This document shows positions 56,039 to 64,000 of a DNA stretch of 64,000 nucleotides, in pieces; position 1 is the first letter of the stretch; each line of letters begins with the position of its first letter. The position numbers were made by a program, and so were the translations under genes. This stretch comes from Candidatus Hydrogenedentota bacterium (lineage in GTDB: Bacteria > Hydrogenedentota > Hydrogenedentia > Hydrogenedentales > SLHB01). The stretch spans positions 64,001-128,000 of the forward strand of contig BTVY01000002.1 in NCBI GenBank assembly GCA_045863335.1, in the 5' to 3' direction. Below the pieces are notes generated by a model that was given only the letters and a program-made list of their open reading frames with translations, searched no databases and was not told the origin of the DNA.

Positions 56039-59000
56039 TCGCCGTGAACGGGCTTGACGAAGCAATCGGTGAAATAAGGCAACTTGCTCAGAGCCTGTTG
56101 AACGGCCAGCGCAGATTCATGGTCGGGAAATCCGCCAACACAGGCGCGAATGATGGTACCGTCCTTCGCGGGCACGAGCGCAAGGTCATACCCCGTGGTC
56201 TTTTCGATCTCCGCCTCGTACGCTTGTGCAACGCGCTCGTTCGAGGCGGCGAACGACGAGACTTGAATGGTGAAGGTGGTGTCATTAGTGAAAATCCCCA
56301 CCGTTTCGGGTGGGGGCAAGTCGGTTGTCATAGGCGCCGCCAGTATCGCGTCGGGCATCTCCGGAGGGCCGGGCGCGTTTACGACCGTCGCCTCCTGTTC
56401 CACAGGCGGGGATTGCGCCGCAGCTTCGGCCGGAGGCGGCGCGGCCGGGGGCGCTTCAATCGGCGCACTTTCGGGCTCCGGCGACGCGGCAGGTTCCGGC
56501 GTTTCTTCCACACGCTCGGCCGGGGCTTCAGGGACTACCGGCTGCGTGACAGCGGCCTCCAATGAAGTTTGGTCTTTTGTTCCAGATTCTTCTTCCGCCA
56601 TTGGTTCCACTACCTCCGGCGGGTCCAAAGTCTGCGGAACGGCTTCTGGTACTGGCAGGATGGGTACAGGCGTATCGGCCGGCGCAGGCTCCACTGCCTC
56701 CGGCGCGACGACTACTGGTTCGGACGGGACCAGCGGCGGTACATTGGCTTCGAAACTCGGCACGAAGGGCAGTCGTGAATCATCCGCGACCACTTTCAAA
56801 CCTGCGGCTTCCGCCGAGGCGCGTATGCTTGCCGCGACAGAAGGCGGCGCACCGGGATGCGTGCGGAGGATGATCTTCGGTTTGACTGTAGAATTACGCA
56901 GTTCTTCAAAAGCGCGGTTCAGGTCATCGACCGTGACCAGCTCTCCGTCGGAGTAAATATCACCCGCCTGCCCAATCGCCACACTACGCTCGTTCTTTCC
57001 TTGAGCCAGCCGGTCGGCCGTGCGGCCCCAGATGTCCTTTGCGGAATGGCGCATGGTGTTGGTGGCGTCTTCGTCGAATTTCGCCAAACGTTCCGCTTCC
57101 GGTTGCGTGGTCTCGTCCACGATGGTAGGCGTGATGAACACGGCCAGTTCGCGATCCGTGTGTTCTTTGCTGGTCGTGCGGAAGAGGCGCCCAATGAATG
57201 GGAGATCGCCCAATAGCGGAACCTTCTCCAGATCATCCTGAAGACTCAGGGAGCGCAATCCGCCGATCACGATGGTCTGCCCGTCGTTGACCAGTATCTG
57301 GGTCTCTGCCTTGTTCTGAGTCTTCTGCGGAATGGTGCTTGCCAGGTCCGCGGAGATGATGGTCTTGTCCTCCGCCGTGCTGTCTTCCGCTTCGATATCC
57401 ATGAGGATGTTGTTGTCCGCGCTGATACGCGGCAGCACGCGAAGTATGGTACCTACGGTAATGAATTGTACGGACCCTGGAAGCACGCGGCTGTTGATGG
57501 AATCCTGGGGCGAATCCGGATTGATGGCACCGCCGTAGTTCGAGAATCCGATGCTTTGGAACGGCCGGTCGGTGGTGTTTTCGAAGACGGCCTCCTCCCC
57601 ATCCTGCACGGTTACGCGCGGGCGTGACAGGATAGACAACTCTCCGGTGTTGTCGAGGTAGTCGAGAACGACGGCCACGCGGTTACCCTTAAACTCGGGA
57701 TCGAGAATGAAGTCGCCCGTGGCGTTGCCGGCTTCGCCACCGTTGTCGTTGCTCAATTGTTCGATGCGGGAACCCGTAATTGGATCGCGGAGATAGGCGC
57801 GATAGGGCCGCCGGCCGGCGGTCGCGCGCTGGCCACCTTCCGGACCGCTAGTGTAATCGGGTTGCACGTTTCCGCTTTGAATCGCGAAGGGCACGCCGCT
57901 GATCTCGTCGAAATAGGCCCAGTTGATGGAGAGATCGCGCATGACCGTAGTACTTGCCGAGACCAGGTAGGCCTCGATTTGGACTTGACGCCCCTTGATA
58001 TCCCAGGACTTGATGATGGCGTCGATCTCTTCGATACGGCTCGGGATCGCGGTGACGCTGACCTGATACGTCTCCTCGTCGACCGTGATGGTTCCGAGCT
58101 CTTCGGGAAGGATGTTTTCGAGGCGCTCCACCAAGACTTCGGGATCGGCGTAATTAAGCGTCCAGGTGCGCGTTTCGAGTTTTTGATCCAGGGCTTCGAG
58201 CATGGTGCCAATCTGCTGCTGACGCGCGGGCAAGTCGGTAACGACGATGGCGTTGGTGCGCGGATCGGCCTGGGCGATGCCGCGTTCCGAGAGGAGGCTC
58301 TCGATGGTATCCAGCAGATCCTCGGCGGACAGGTAGTTGAGCGGAAACACTGCCGGTTCGAGCGGCACGTCGAGCTGATCGACGGCGGCTTCCATGGCGT
58401 CGATGTTGGCCTGGGTATCCCACACGAGGATGAGTCCCGTACGAGGATCGCTGATCAACTTGCCTGTCTGCGACATGAGGGCCATCAAGATCGTTTCCAT
58501 GTCGACGACATCGGCGTGCTCCACATGAAATTCAGCGTGTGCCTGCGCGCCATACTCGCGTTCCAGGTACTCGCCGTCGAGCATGACGTACAGCAGGTTG
58601 GCCGCGGGATCGAATTCGTAGTAGACCCCTTTGAAACGCAGGGCCTCCATGACCTGCTTGGGCGTCACATTCGTGAGCCAGAGCCGAATCTTCTCTTCTT
58701 CGACTCCTTGCGAGGCGATGATGTTCCAGCCCGCGGACACGGAGACTTGATCGAGAATCTCAATGACCGGTTTTGGCGCTTGCGACGCAACCACGGACAT
58801 GGGATCCCCCACTTCGGGCAGGTCGCTGGTAATCACCTGATGCTGGAGTATGGGCTCGAAAGCCTGCTGTCCCGCGACATTGACCTGCCGTCTCGCGGAG
58901 GAGCGGATGGTCTGGACGCCTTGAACCCCAGGAACCTGCGGGGGCGGTTGCGCGCTTCCCGTCACAACGGGCCCGACATCGACCGCGCCCGGAACACTGG

Positions 59001-59145
59001 GAGGGGGTTGGAGAATGATCCCCTGCACGCCGGTGGCGACGTCCGGGGTTTGTGTTGGGCTCGTCGGGGTCTGTTGGGCGATTGCGACGGACGATAGGGT
59101 CAGCACCGCAACCAGCACCGCCGTATGGAGGGAAAATCGAATCAT
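56035..59145 (-). CDS. gspD: T2SS secretin with ExbD-like, Pro/Glu-rich and SPOR C-terminal extensions
   Basis: N domains (DPRTN), [53 protein letters not shown]. Confidence 0.88.
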   Translation of the reverse strand: MIRFSLHTAVLVAVLTLSSVAIAQQTPTSPTQTPDVATGVQGIILQPPPSVPGAVDVGPVVTGSAQPPPQVPGVQGVQTIRSSARRQVNVAGQQAFEPILQHQVITSDLPEVGDPMSVVASQAPKPVIEILDQVSVSAGWNIIASQGVEEEKIRLWLTNVTPKQVMEALRFKGVYYEFDPAANLLYVMLDGEYLEREYGAQAHAEFHVEHADVVDMETILMALMSQTGKLISDPRTGLILVWDTQANIDAMEAAVDQLDVPLEPAVFPLNYLSAEDLLDTIESLLSERGIAQADPRTNAIVVTDLPARQQQIGTMLEALDQKLETRTWTLNYADPEVLVERLENILPEELGTITVDEETYQVSVTAIPSRIEEIDAIIKSWDIKGRQVQIEAYLVSASTTVMRDLSINWAYFDEISGVPFAIQSGNVQPDYTSGPEGGQRATAGRRPYRAYLRDPITGSRIEQLSNDNGGEAGNATGDFILDPEFKGNRVAVVLDYLDNTGELSILSRPRVTVQDGEEAVFENTTDRPFQSIGFSNYGGAINPDSPQDSINSRVLPGSVQFITVGTILRVLPRISADNNILMDIEAEDSTAEDKTIISADLASTIPQKTQNKAETQILVNDGQTIVIGGLRSLSLQDDLEKVPLLGDLPFIGRLFRTTSKEHTDRELAVFITPTIVDETTQPEAERLAKFDEDATNTMRHSAKDIWGRTADRLAQGKNERSVAIGQAGDIYSDGELVTVDDLNRAFEELRNSTVKPKIILRTHPGAPPSVAASIRASAEAAGLKVVADDSRLPFVPSFEANVPPLVPSEPVVVAPEAVEPAPADTPVPILPVPEAVPQTLDPPEVVEPMAEEESGTKDQTSLEAAVTQPVVPEAPAERVEETPEPAASPEPESAPIEAPPAAPPPAEAAAQSPPVEQEATVVNAPGPPEMPDAILAAPMTTDLPPPETVGIFTNDTTFTIQVSSFAASNERVAQAYEAEIEKTTGYDLALVPAKDGTIIRACVGGFPDHESALAVQQALSKLPYFTDCFVKPVHGE

Positions 59146-59331
59146 TCTTCCGCTGCGCCAATCCTTCTGCGGCAAGCCCCGGTAGCTCGATATGGAACCT
59201 CAACCGCGTTGAAGCGGTCACCGAGGCAGTATACCGCAATTTTCAAGAAAATAATAGCTTGTGTCAACATTAGAAACCGCAATGGGTTTCCGCGTTGGGC
59301 CGATTGCCCTAAGACATTCCCCAAGAATATC

Positions 59332-59808
59332 TTAACGCCTCGGCAAGGCGATCCCGTACTCCTGACCGCTTTGCGTCACTGTAAAGAGAACAGTCGTGCC
59401 GGTGATCTCTTTGATTACGCAGCCTTTGATCTGATCGCCGACCGCGTACCAGTTGGGTTGTCCGTCAACGCTAATCTGCACTTTCTGGGAAGCGCCGGAT
59501 CCGATTCCACTGCGCGTTGGGACAACGCCATTCAGCTGCTGGGCCAGATTGGGCGGCGGCGCGGCTTGCGCCTGGGGTTTGTATAGCGGCTCCCACAACT
59601 TCGGCTGCGCGGCGATGGCCATTTGCCACCGGTCAAACTCGGGGTTCTCCGCGTCGCCGAACTGAATCTCCGGTACGATCATTTGCTCGAGTTGATACTG
59701 AAAGTTCTGGCGCTTGTCCTTGACCGGGCTGTTGATAATGCCTAACACGATCAGTATCGCGACTCCTGCGAACACGCCGCCGCCGAGTATGCCTGCGTAA
59801 CGATTCAT
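59332..59808 (-). CDS. GspC/PilP-like T2SS component
   Basis: N-terminal TM, HR-like tail (YAVGDQIKG..IKEI....V), and position in the operon. Confidence 0.55.
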   Translation of the reverse strand: MNRYAGILGGGVFAGVAILIVLGIINSPVKDKRQNFQYQLEQMIVPEIQFGDAENPEFDRWQMAIAAQPKLWEPLYKPQAQAAPPPNLAQQLNGVVPTRSGIGSGASQKVQISVDGQPNWYAVGDQIKGCVIKEITGTTVLFTVTQSGQEYGIALPRR

Positions 59809-60905
59809 GGTCCGGCTTCGACCTCCGAAAGTACGACGTTGTCGAGCAGCACGACCGCGTCCGCTCCCTCAAGAACGACATGAGGCACGCGAAGGGTGAC
59901 GGTCTCTCCGGTGTTTCCAGGCACTTGAAACCGGAACGTGTAGCGGTGTGGCGCGCCATCGGCGGTTAGCGGTTGCGGGTTCGCGAAGGATAGCCCGGTC
60001 GATTCGTTCAGGATCTCCACGCGAGCCTGTCCCCACGCATAGGCATCGAGCGCAAGTTCATACGTGGTCCCCGCGATCATTTGGAGGGACTGATAGAAGC
60101 CAGCCGGGGCGGCAACAGCCTGGAGCCTTGCACAAACGTCGCCTTCGGTCGCTTGCGCGCCATGTTGGGTCACTTGACACTGTTCCGCCGACCATTCTGG
60201 AAACGAACCCGATGCCGGGTCCCACTCCTCGAATCCGGCGTTCGCCATCAGAACAATCGAAGACAACGGCGCAGGTTGTTCGGATGGCTCCTCGCCGGTG
60301 CCCGGGCTGGCGACATCGTCGATGATGGTGCGCGTGACCCGCATGTTCGCAGTGGCCACAGCGGCGAGGGGTTGACGAACGATTTCCAGCGTGTCAATAC
60401 GGAGGGCCTGATCGCTCCGTTGCAGTCGCTCGATGAAGAGCGTGATGTTCTGGATCGGGGCCGGTTCCGTTTTGAAATTAATCTGATAGCTGCGGTAGCC
60501 GTCTTCGTGATCCACGAGGCTGCCCAGCGGCATCTGCGGAATGCTAACCAGCACGTCATTCGGGTTTGCGGCGGCAGGCATGGGACTTCCCGGCGCAGGG
60601 ACATTGCGCAAAGACAATCTCGTGATCTCGCGACGAAGGCGGTCGTGAATTTCCTCTTGCGTCCATTGGCTGGAGTGCTGGGAGGCCATCGCGTCAAAGG
60701 CCCGGTTGACGGGACCCGCCTGTGCGACGAGTTCCTCGTAGGACGCCAACTGCAATTGAAGACTGTCGATGGTCGCATCCATGAGGGCGAGGCGGTCGGT
60801 GGCAGCGCGGTAGCCCAGCATCGCCAAGGCCGCCCCGATGCAGAGTCCCGTGAGTACGAGAAGGCGTCGTTCCGACGCGGACAGGGTGTGGAATCTCCGC
60901 ATCAT
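59805..60905 (-). CDS. GspM/PilO-like protein with C-terminal CBM-like domain
   Basis: LSASERRLL + TM + coiled coil + ferredoxin-like domain, then a NAGFEEW domain. Confidence 0.6.
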   Translation of the reverse strand: MMRRFHTLSASERRLLVLTGLCIGAALAMLGYRAATDRLALMDATIDSLQLQLASYEELVAQAGPVNRAFDAMASQHSSQWTQEEIHDRLRREITRLSLRNVPAPGSPMPAAANPNDVLVSIPQMPLGSLVDHEDGYRSYQINFKTEPAPIQNITLFIERLQRSDQALRIDTLEIVRQPLAAVATANMRVTRTIIDDVASPGTGEEPSEQPAPLSSIVLMANAGFEEWDPASGSFPEWSAEQCQVTQHGAQATEGDVCARLQAVAAPAGFYQSLQMIAGTTYELALDAYAWGQARVEILNESTGLSFANPQPLTADGAPHRYTFRFQVPGNTGETVTLRVPHVVLEGADAVVLLDNVVLSEVEAGP

Positions 60906-62389
60906 TCTGAATCGGCCTCCGGTTCGCCTTCCGTCTCGGATGTCGCAAAGGGAATGTTGATCTCGTATTGGATCACGGCCTGGCCTTGTTCTTGATCTTC
61001 GCGGTACGGCCCGAGACCGGCGCGGGCAAACTGCGGGATATCCTCGCGTCCGGCTTCGCGCAGGGCGTCCGCCAGCGCGTAGACGAGCGTGAGCGTTTCC
61101 GAGCGGCCGGCGAGCGTGATCTCTTCCCCGTGGGAGAAGGAATAGCGGGTAATGTTCAATCCGGAGGCCGGCGTGAGTTCGCTGATCTTTGCGAGTAGCT
61201 CCAAGGCGCTGCCACGGCGGTCGAGGTGCTGTTGGAGGCGGATCAATTGACGTCGCTTGGCCTCAACGCTGAGCGCAGTCGGTTCAATCTCCGTGATGCG
61301 GTTTTGGAGTTCGGCGATGTAGCGGGAGCGTTGGAACGCGGCCTGGCCATAAAGCGCGAGCAGCGCGATCAGGATTGCGAGCACGAATCCGCCGACCTTG
61401 GCGAATTTTCGGCGCGTTTCGCCGCGGCGGCGTGCCTGTTCCAGCGATGCCGGTACAAGACTAATGGATACGGGAGCGCGATTCTGCGCGGCAAGGGCAG
61501 CGCCGAGCGATGCCAAAGGAAGCGTTGCCACGCGATCCGCACCCTGCGTACAAAGGCTCCGGGCGAACTGGGCGGGCTGGCACTCATATCCGAGCGTGTC
61601 GGAGAGTGCCGAAGCAATTTGTGCGGTGTCCACCCATTCCGACGACAAGTAAACGCGTTCCGCGCCGATCCCGTCTTCGGAATCGCGGCGGTGGGCGGAA
61701 ACCGTTGCGCGGACTTCCGAGGCGAGTTCTTCTACCGCTTCCGATCCCACAGCGGTCGCGGCGGACCAGTCCTGCAGCGTGGCGACGGCCCGCCCGTACT
61801 CAAGCCGGTTGCCGTTGAAGACCAGCACCTCGACACCGCCGGATGCGAGGTTCGCGAGGGCGAACTTCTCCCCTTCTTTGCCGTGAGCGAGGATGGCGCT
61901 GGTCGCGATGCAGGCCGTGCTCACGGAGATCTGTTCGGGCTCAACCCCCGCCGCACGGAGAATGGCGACGTGGAATTCGACGACATCGCGATGGGCGAAG
62001 ACGGCCAGCACACGAGACTGGCCGTCGGGTAAACGCTGGAGCAGGCATTGGTCCATGACCAGTTCATGCTCGGGATAGGGCACGTAATCCTCGACCCCGA
62101 GGCGGACCATGCCGTCAAGTTCTTGTTCGTCGTGGGACGGCAGAAGGAGAATGCGCGCGGTCATGTCGTGACGCGGCATAACCGTGTGGACGCGATCCGC
62201 GGCAATGCTGCGGGTCTTGACGAACTCTTCGACAGCCAATTCGAGGCTGCCATCCTGGGCAGACCAGACGCCGAGTTTAGTTTCCCAAGAGAGGACCTCG
62301 ATCCCCTTGGGAGAAGGCTTGACGCGCAGCCAGGCGATGAGGTGCTCGTCAAACTGCAAGATACTGATATTTCCAGTTTTACGAGCCAA
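60902..62389 (-). CDS. gspL: GspL (PilM-PilN fusion type)
   Basis: Actin-like cytoplasmic domain, ISLVP motif, TM, periplasmic PilN-like domain. Confidence 0.75.
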   Translation of the reverse strand: MARKTGNISILQFDEHLIAWLRVKPSPKGIEVLSWETKLGVWSAQDGSLELAVEEFVKTRSIAADRVHTVMPRHDMTARILLLPSHDEQELDGMVRLGVEDYVPYPEHELVMDQCLLQRLPDGQSRVLAVFAHRDVVEFHVAILRAAGVEPEQISVSTACIATSAILAHGKEGEKFALANLASGGVEVLVFNGNRLEYGRAVATLQDWSAATAVGSEAVEELASEVRATVSAHRRDSEDGIGAERVYLSSEWVDTAQIASALSDTLGYECQPAQFARSLCTQGADRVATLPLASLGAALAAQNRAPVSISLVPASLEQARRRGETRRKFAKVGGFVLAILIALLALYGQAAFQRSRYIAELQNRITEIEPTALSVEAKRRQLIRLQQHLDRRGSALELLAKISELTPASGLNITRYSFSHGEEITLAGRSETLTLVYALADALREAGREDIPQFARAGLGPYREDQEQGQAVIQYEINIPFATSETEGEPEADSE

Positions 62390-63320
62390 AATCCCCCTCC
62401 GACCAATTCAAAACGGTAGCGGTTCCGTTGGCTACTTGCACCGTAGCCTTCGAAACCGCGCGTACCTTACCTTGCCGCAATGTCGCAAACCCGGTGATTG
62501 TAAAGTACTCCGATTCAAACTTGCAAAACCGGGCGATGGGTTCGAGATCGTTCATGCGAACACCGGTGACCGAGGCAATCTCCTCGACACTTCGGAACCG
62601 GCGGTCGTCGGCGGTTTCCATCTCGCCATCGGCCCCGGCACGATAGGAGAGGACCACGGCCGCGACGGCAGGGTCCAGGTCGGGCAAGGATTCGAGCACT
62701 TCTCGCGGGGCCGTGTTGACGTTGACGCGGCCGTCGCCGTAGATGGTGAAGAGATCCCGTAACCCGGGACGGTCTTTCGAACCGTACCAGTCCGAGTCAC
62801 TGATTCCTTCGAGGAGACGGGCCTCGTCGATAGCCAGGAAGGGCATGGGCTCGTCGTTGCCCAAAGGACCGCCACGGCGGCGGAGGATCGCGGATACCGT
62901 GGTGAAGCTGAGGATATCGATCTCGTCAAAGATTTCTCGCGGCGCCGTATTCAATGAGATCTTGCCCTCCGCGTCCTCCACAGTGAAGGTGACCTCATCG
63001 TTCTCCAGAAGCGCATCGCTGCCGAGGTCAAAGAAGTTGCCCTCGGTGAGCATGTTTTTCTGCGTCTGATAAATCGCAATATACGAGTCGCCCCCGTACT
63101 GCTCGACGAGTTGCTGTACAAGGGCCTGATTTCGCATATAGGCGATCCCATACTCGACGGCGCCGCGCGCGAGGTGCTGGGTGCGTGTGTGGTCGATACT
63201 CAATGCCGCGGCGCGCTGTTCAAGGAGCGCGCGGCGTCCAAAACCGATCGCAAGCACAGTCAAAATTGCCAGCATCCAAATGACAGCCACCAACACGAAT
63301 CCGTGTTCCCCGCGCTTCAT
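62379..63320 (-). CDS. gspK: T2SS minor pseudopilin GspK
   Basis: G-FVLVAVIW prepilin, DAEGKISLN, RVNVNTAP.EVL, SEYFTI. Confidence 0.88.
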   Translation of the reverse strand: MKRGEHGFVLVAVIWMLAILTVLAIGFGRRALLEQRAAALSIDHTRTQHLARGAVEYGIAYMRNQALVQQLVEQYGGDSYIAIYQTQKNMLTEGNFFDLGSDALLENDEVTFTVEDAEGKISLNTAPREIFDEIDILSFTTVSAILRRRGGPLGNDEPMPFLAIDEARLLEGISDSDWYGSKDRPGLRDLFTIYGDGRVNVNTAPREVLESLPDLDPAVAAVVLSYRAGADGEMETADDRRFRSVEEIASVTGVRMNDLEPIARFCKFESEYFTITGFATLRQGKVRAVSKATVQVANGTATVLNWSEGDFGS

Positions 63321-64000
63321 TGGAAGGCCCCCCCCTCCGTGTCGATGGATTCTTCTTCCAGTTCCGTGGTGGCGCCGCGAAAAACGACGAACGTGGAGAA
63401 GGTCGTTTCACCGGATTCGCCGTTGTCGTCGAGCAGGGTGAGATCAATGCGAATGCCCTGCGGGATTCCGGAGCCTTTCGGATGATCGTCGCGCACGATG
63501 AACTCCGCCGGTGGAGGCGGACCCTGGTCGGTCGCGTCCTGAACGGTGGTAATGGGCGGATTCCAGTAGTATCGTAGTTCGAAGTTTTTCACGCCATAGG
63601 CGAGTTCGAAATCCTTTTCCGCGGCCATCTTGATAATGGTGCGATCGATCTCCCCTTCCCCGGGCGGCGCGGACGGAAGCGGGCTCTTGACCAACCGTTC
63701 CTCGCGAAGGAGAATCCGGCCCTCGCCGTCAGGATCTTTTCGCGTGCGGTAATGAATCTGGATGACCTGCGGCCTCGAATCCTCGTCCACGTCCAGCGGC
63801 GGCGACACGGCGAAGAAGGTGAAGTCGTCATTGCTGCCCTCAACGAGGTGAGCCGTGCCGGGAATCACGTTCTGGAGTTCCTGGGTCATGATGCTGAGGG
63901 CGGTGCGCGCATCCTGGTACGTTGCGATATTCGCTTCCCCGAGACGCCAGAGCCGGACGGTGGAGCTGAAACACAGAAAGACGCCGCTCATCACGATCGT
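63317..64000 (-). CDS. T2SS pseudopilin GspJ-like, 5'-partial
   Basis: End of a hydrophobic helix, AR.AL..M..EL, GIPQGIRI.L; upstream of gspK. Confidence 0.7.
   Translation of the reverse strand, partial: TIVMSGVFLCFSSTVRLWRLGEANIATYQDARTALSIMTQELQNVIPGTAHLVEGSNDDFTFFAVSPPLDVDEDSRPQVIQIHYRTRKDPDGEGRILLREERLVKSPLPSAPPGEGEIDRTIIKMAAEKDFELAYGVKNFELRYYWNPPITTVQDATDQGPPPPAEFIVRDDHPKGSGIPQGIRIDLTLLDDNGESGETTFSTFVVFRGATTELEEESIDTEGGAFQ

Overview
GC-rich bacterial chromosomal window. The gene content (DUF1501 with DUF1549/DUF1553 cytochrome, Tat-exported Gfo/Idh/MocA proteins, UROD-family protein, sulfatase, T2SS) suggests a diderm of PVC-like or Ca. Hydrogenedentota type; this is an inference. The left arm holds a CCA-adding enzyme, an FHA-GAF histidine kinase and the MrfA/MrfB (YprA/YprB) repair pair. 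The main feature is an apparently intact ~10.2-kb phage satellite integrated in tRNA-Pro(CGG), bounded by a perfect 50-bp direct repeat (10601-10650 / 20757-20806). It encodes a tyrosine integrase, two HTH/AlpA-like regulators, a primase-less AAA_25 helicase with an iteron cluster, a cos-like site, a P27-type TerS, an HK97-fold capsid, a capsid cement-like protein, an ERCC4 nuclease and a Panacea toxin-antitoxin cargo. No portal, TerL, protease, HNH or tail gene is recognisable. The rest is glycan catabolism genes, a patch of toxin-antitoxin pairs, four REP/MITE families and the end of a T2SS operon whose secretin appears fused to ExbD-like and SPOR domains. All family calls come from motif recognition by eye; no database search was run.
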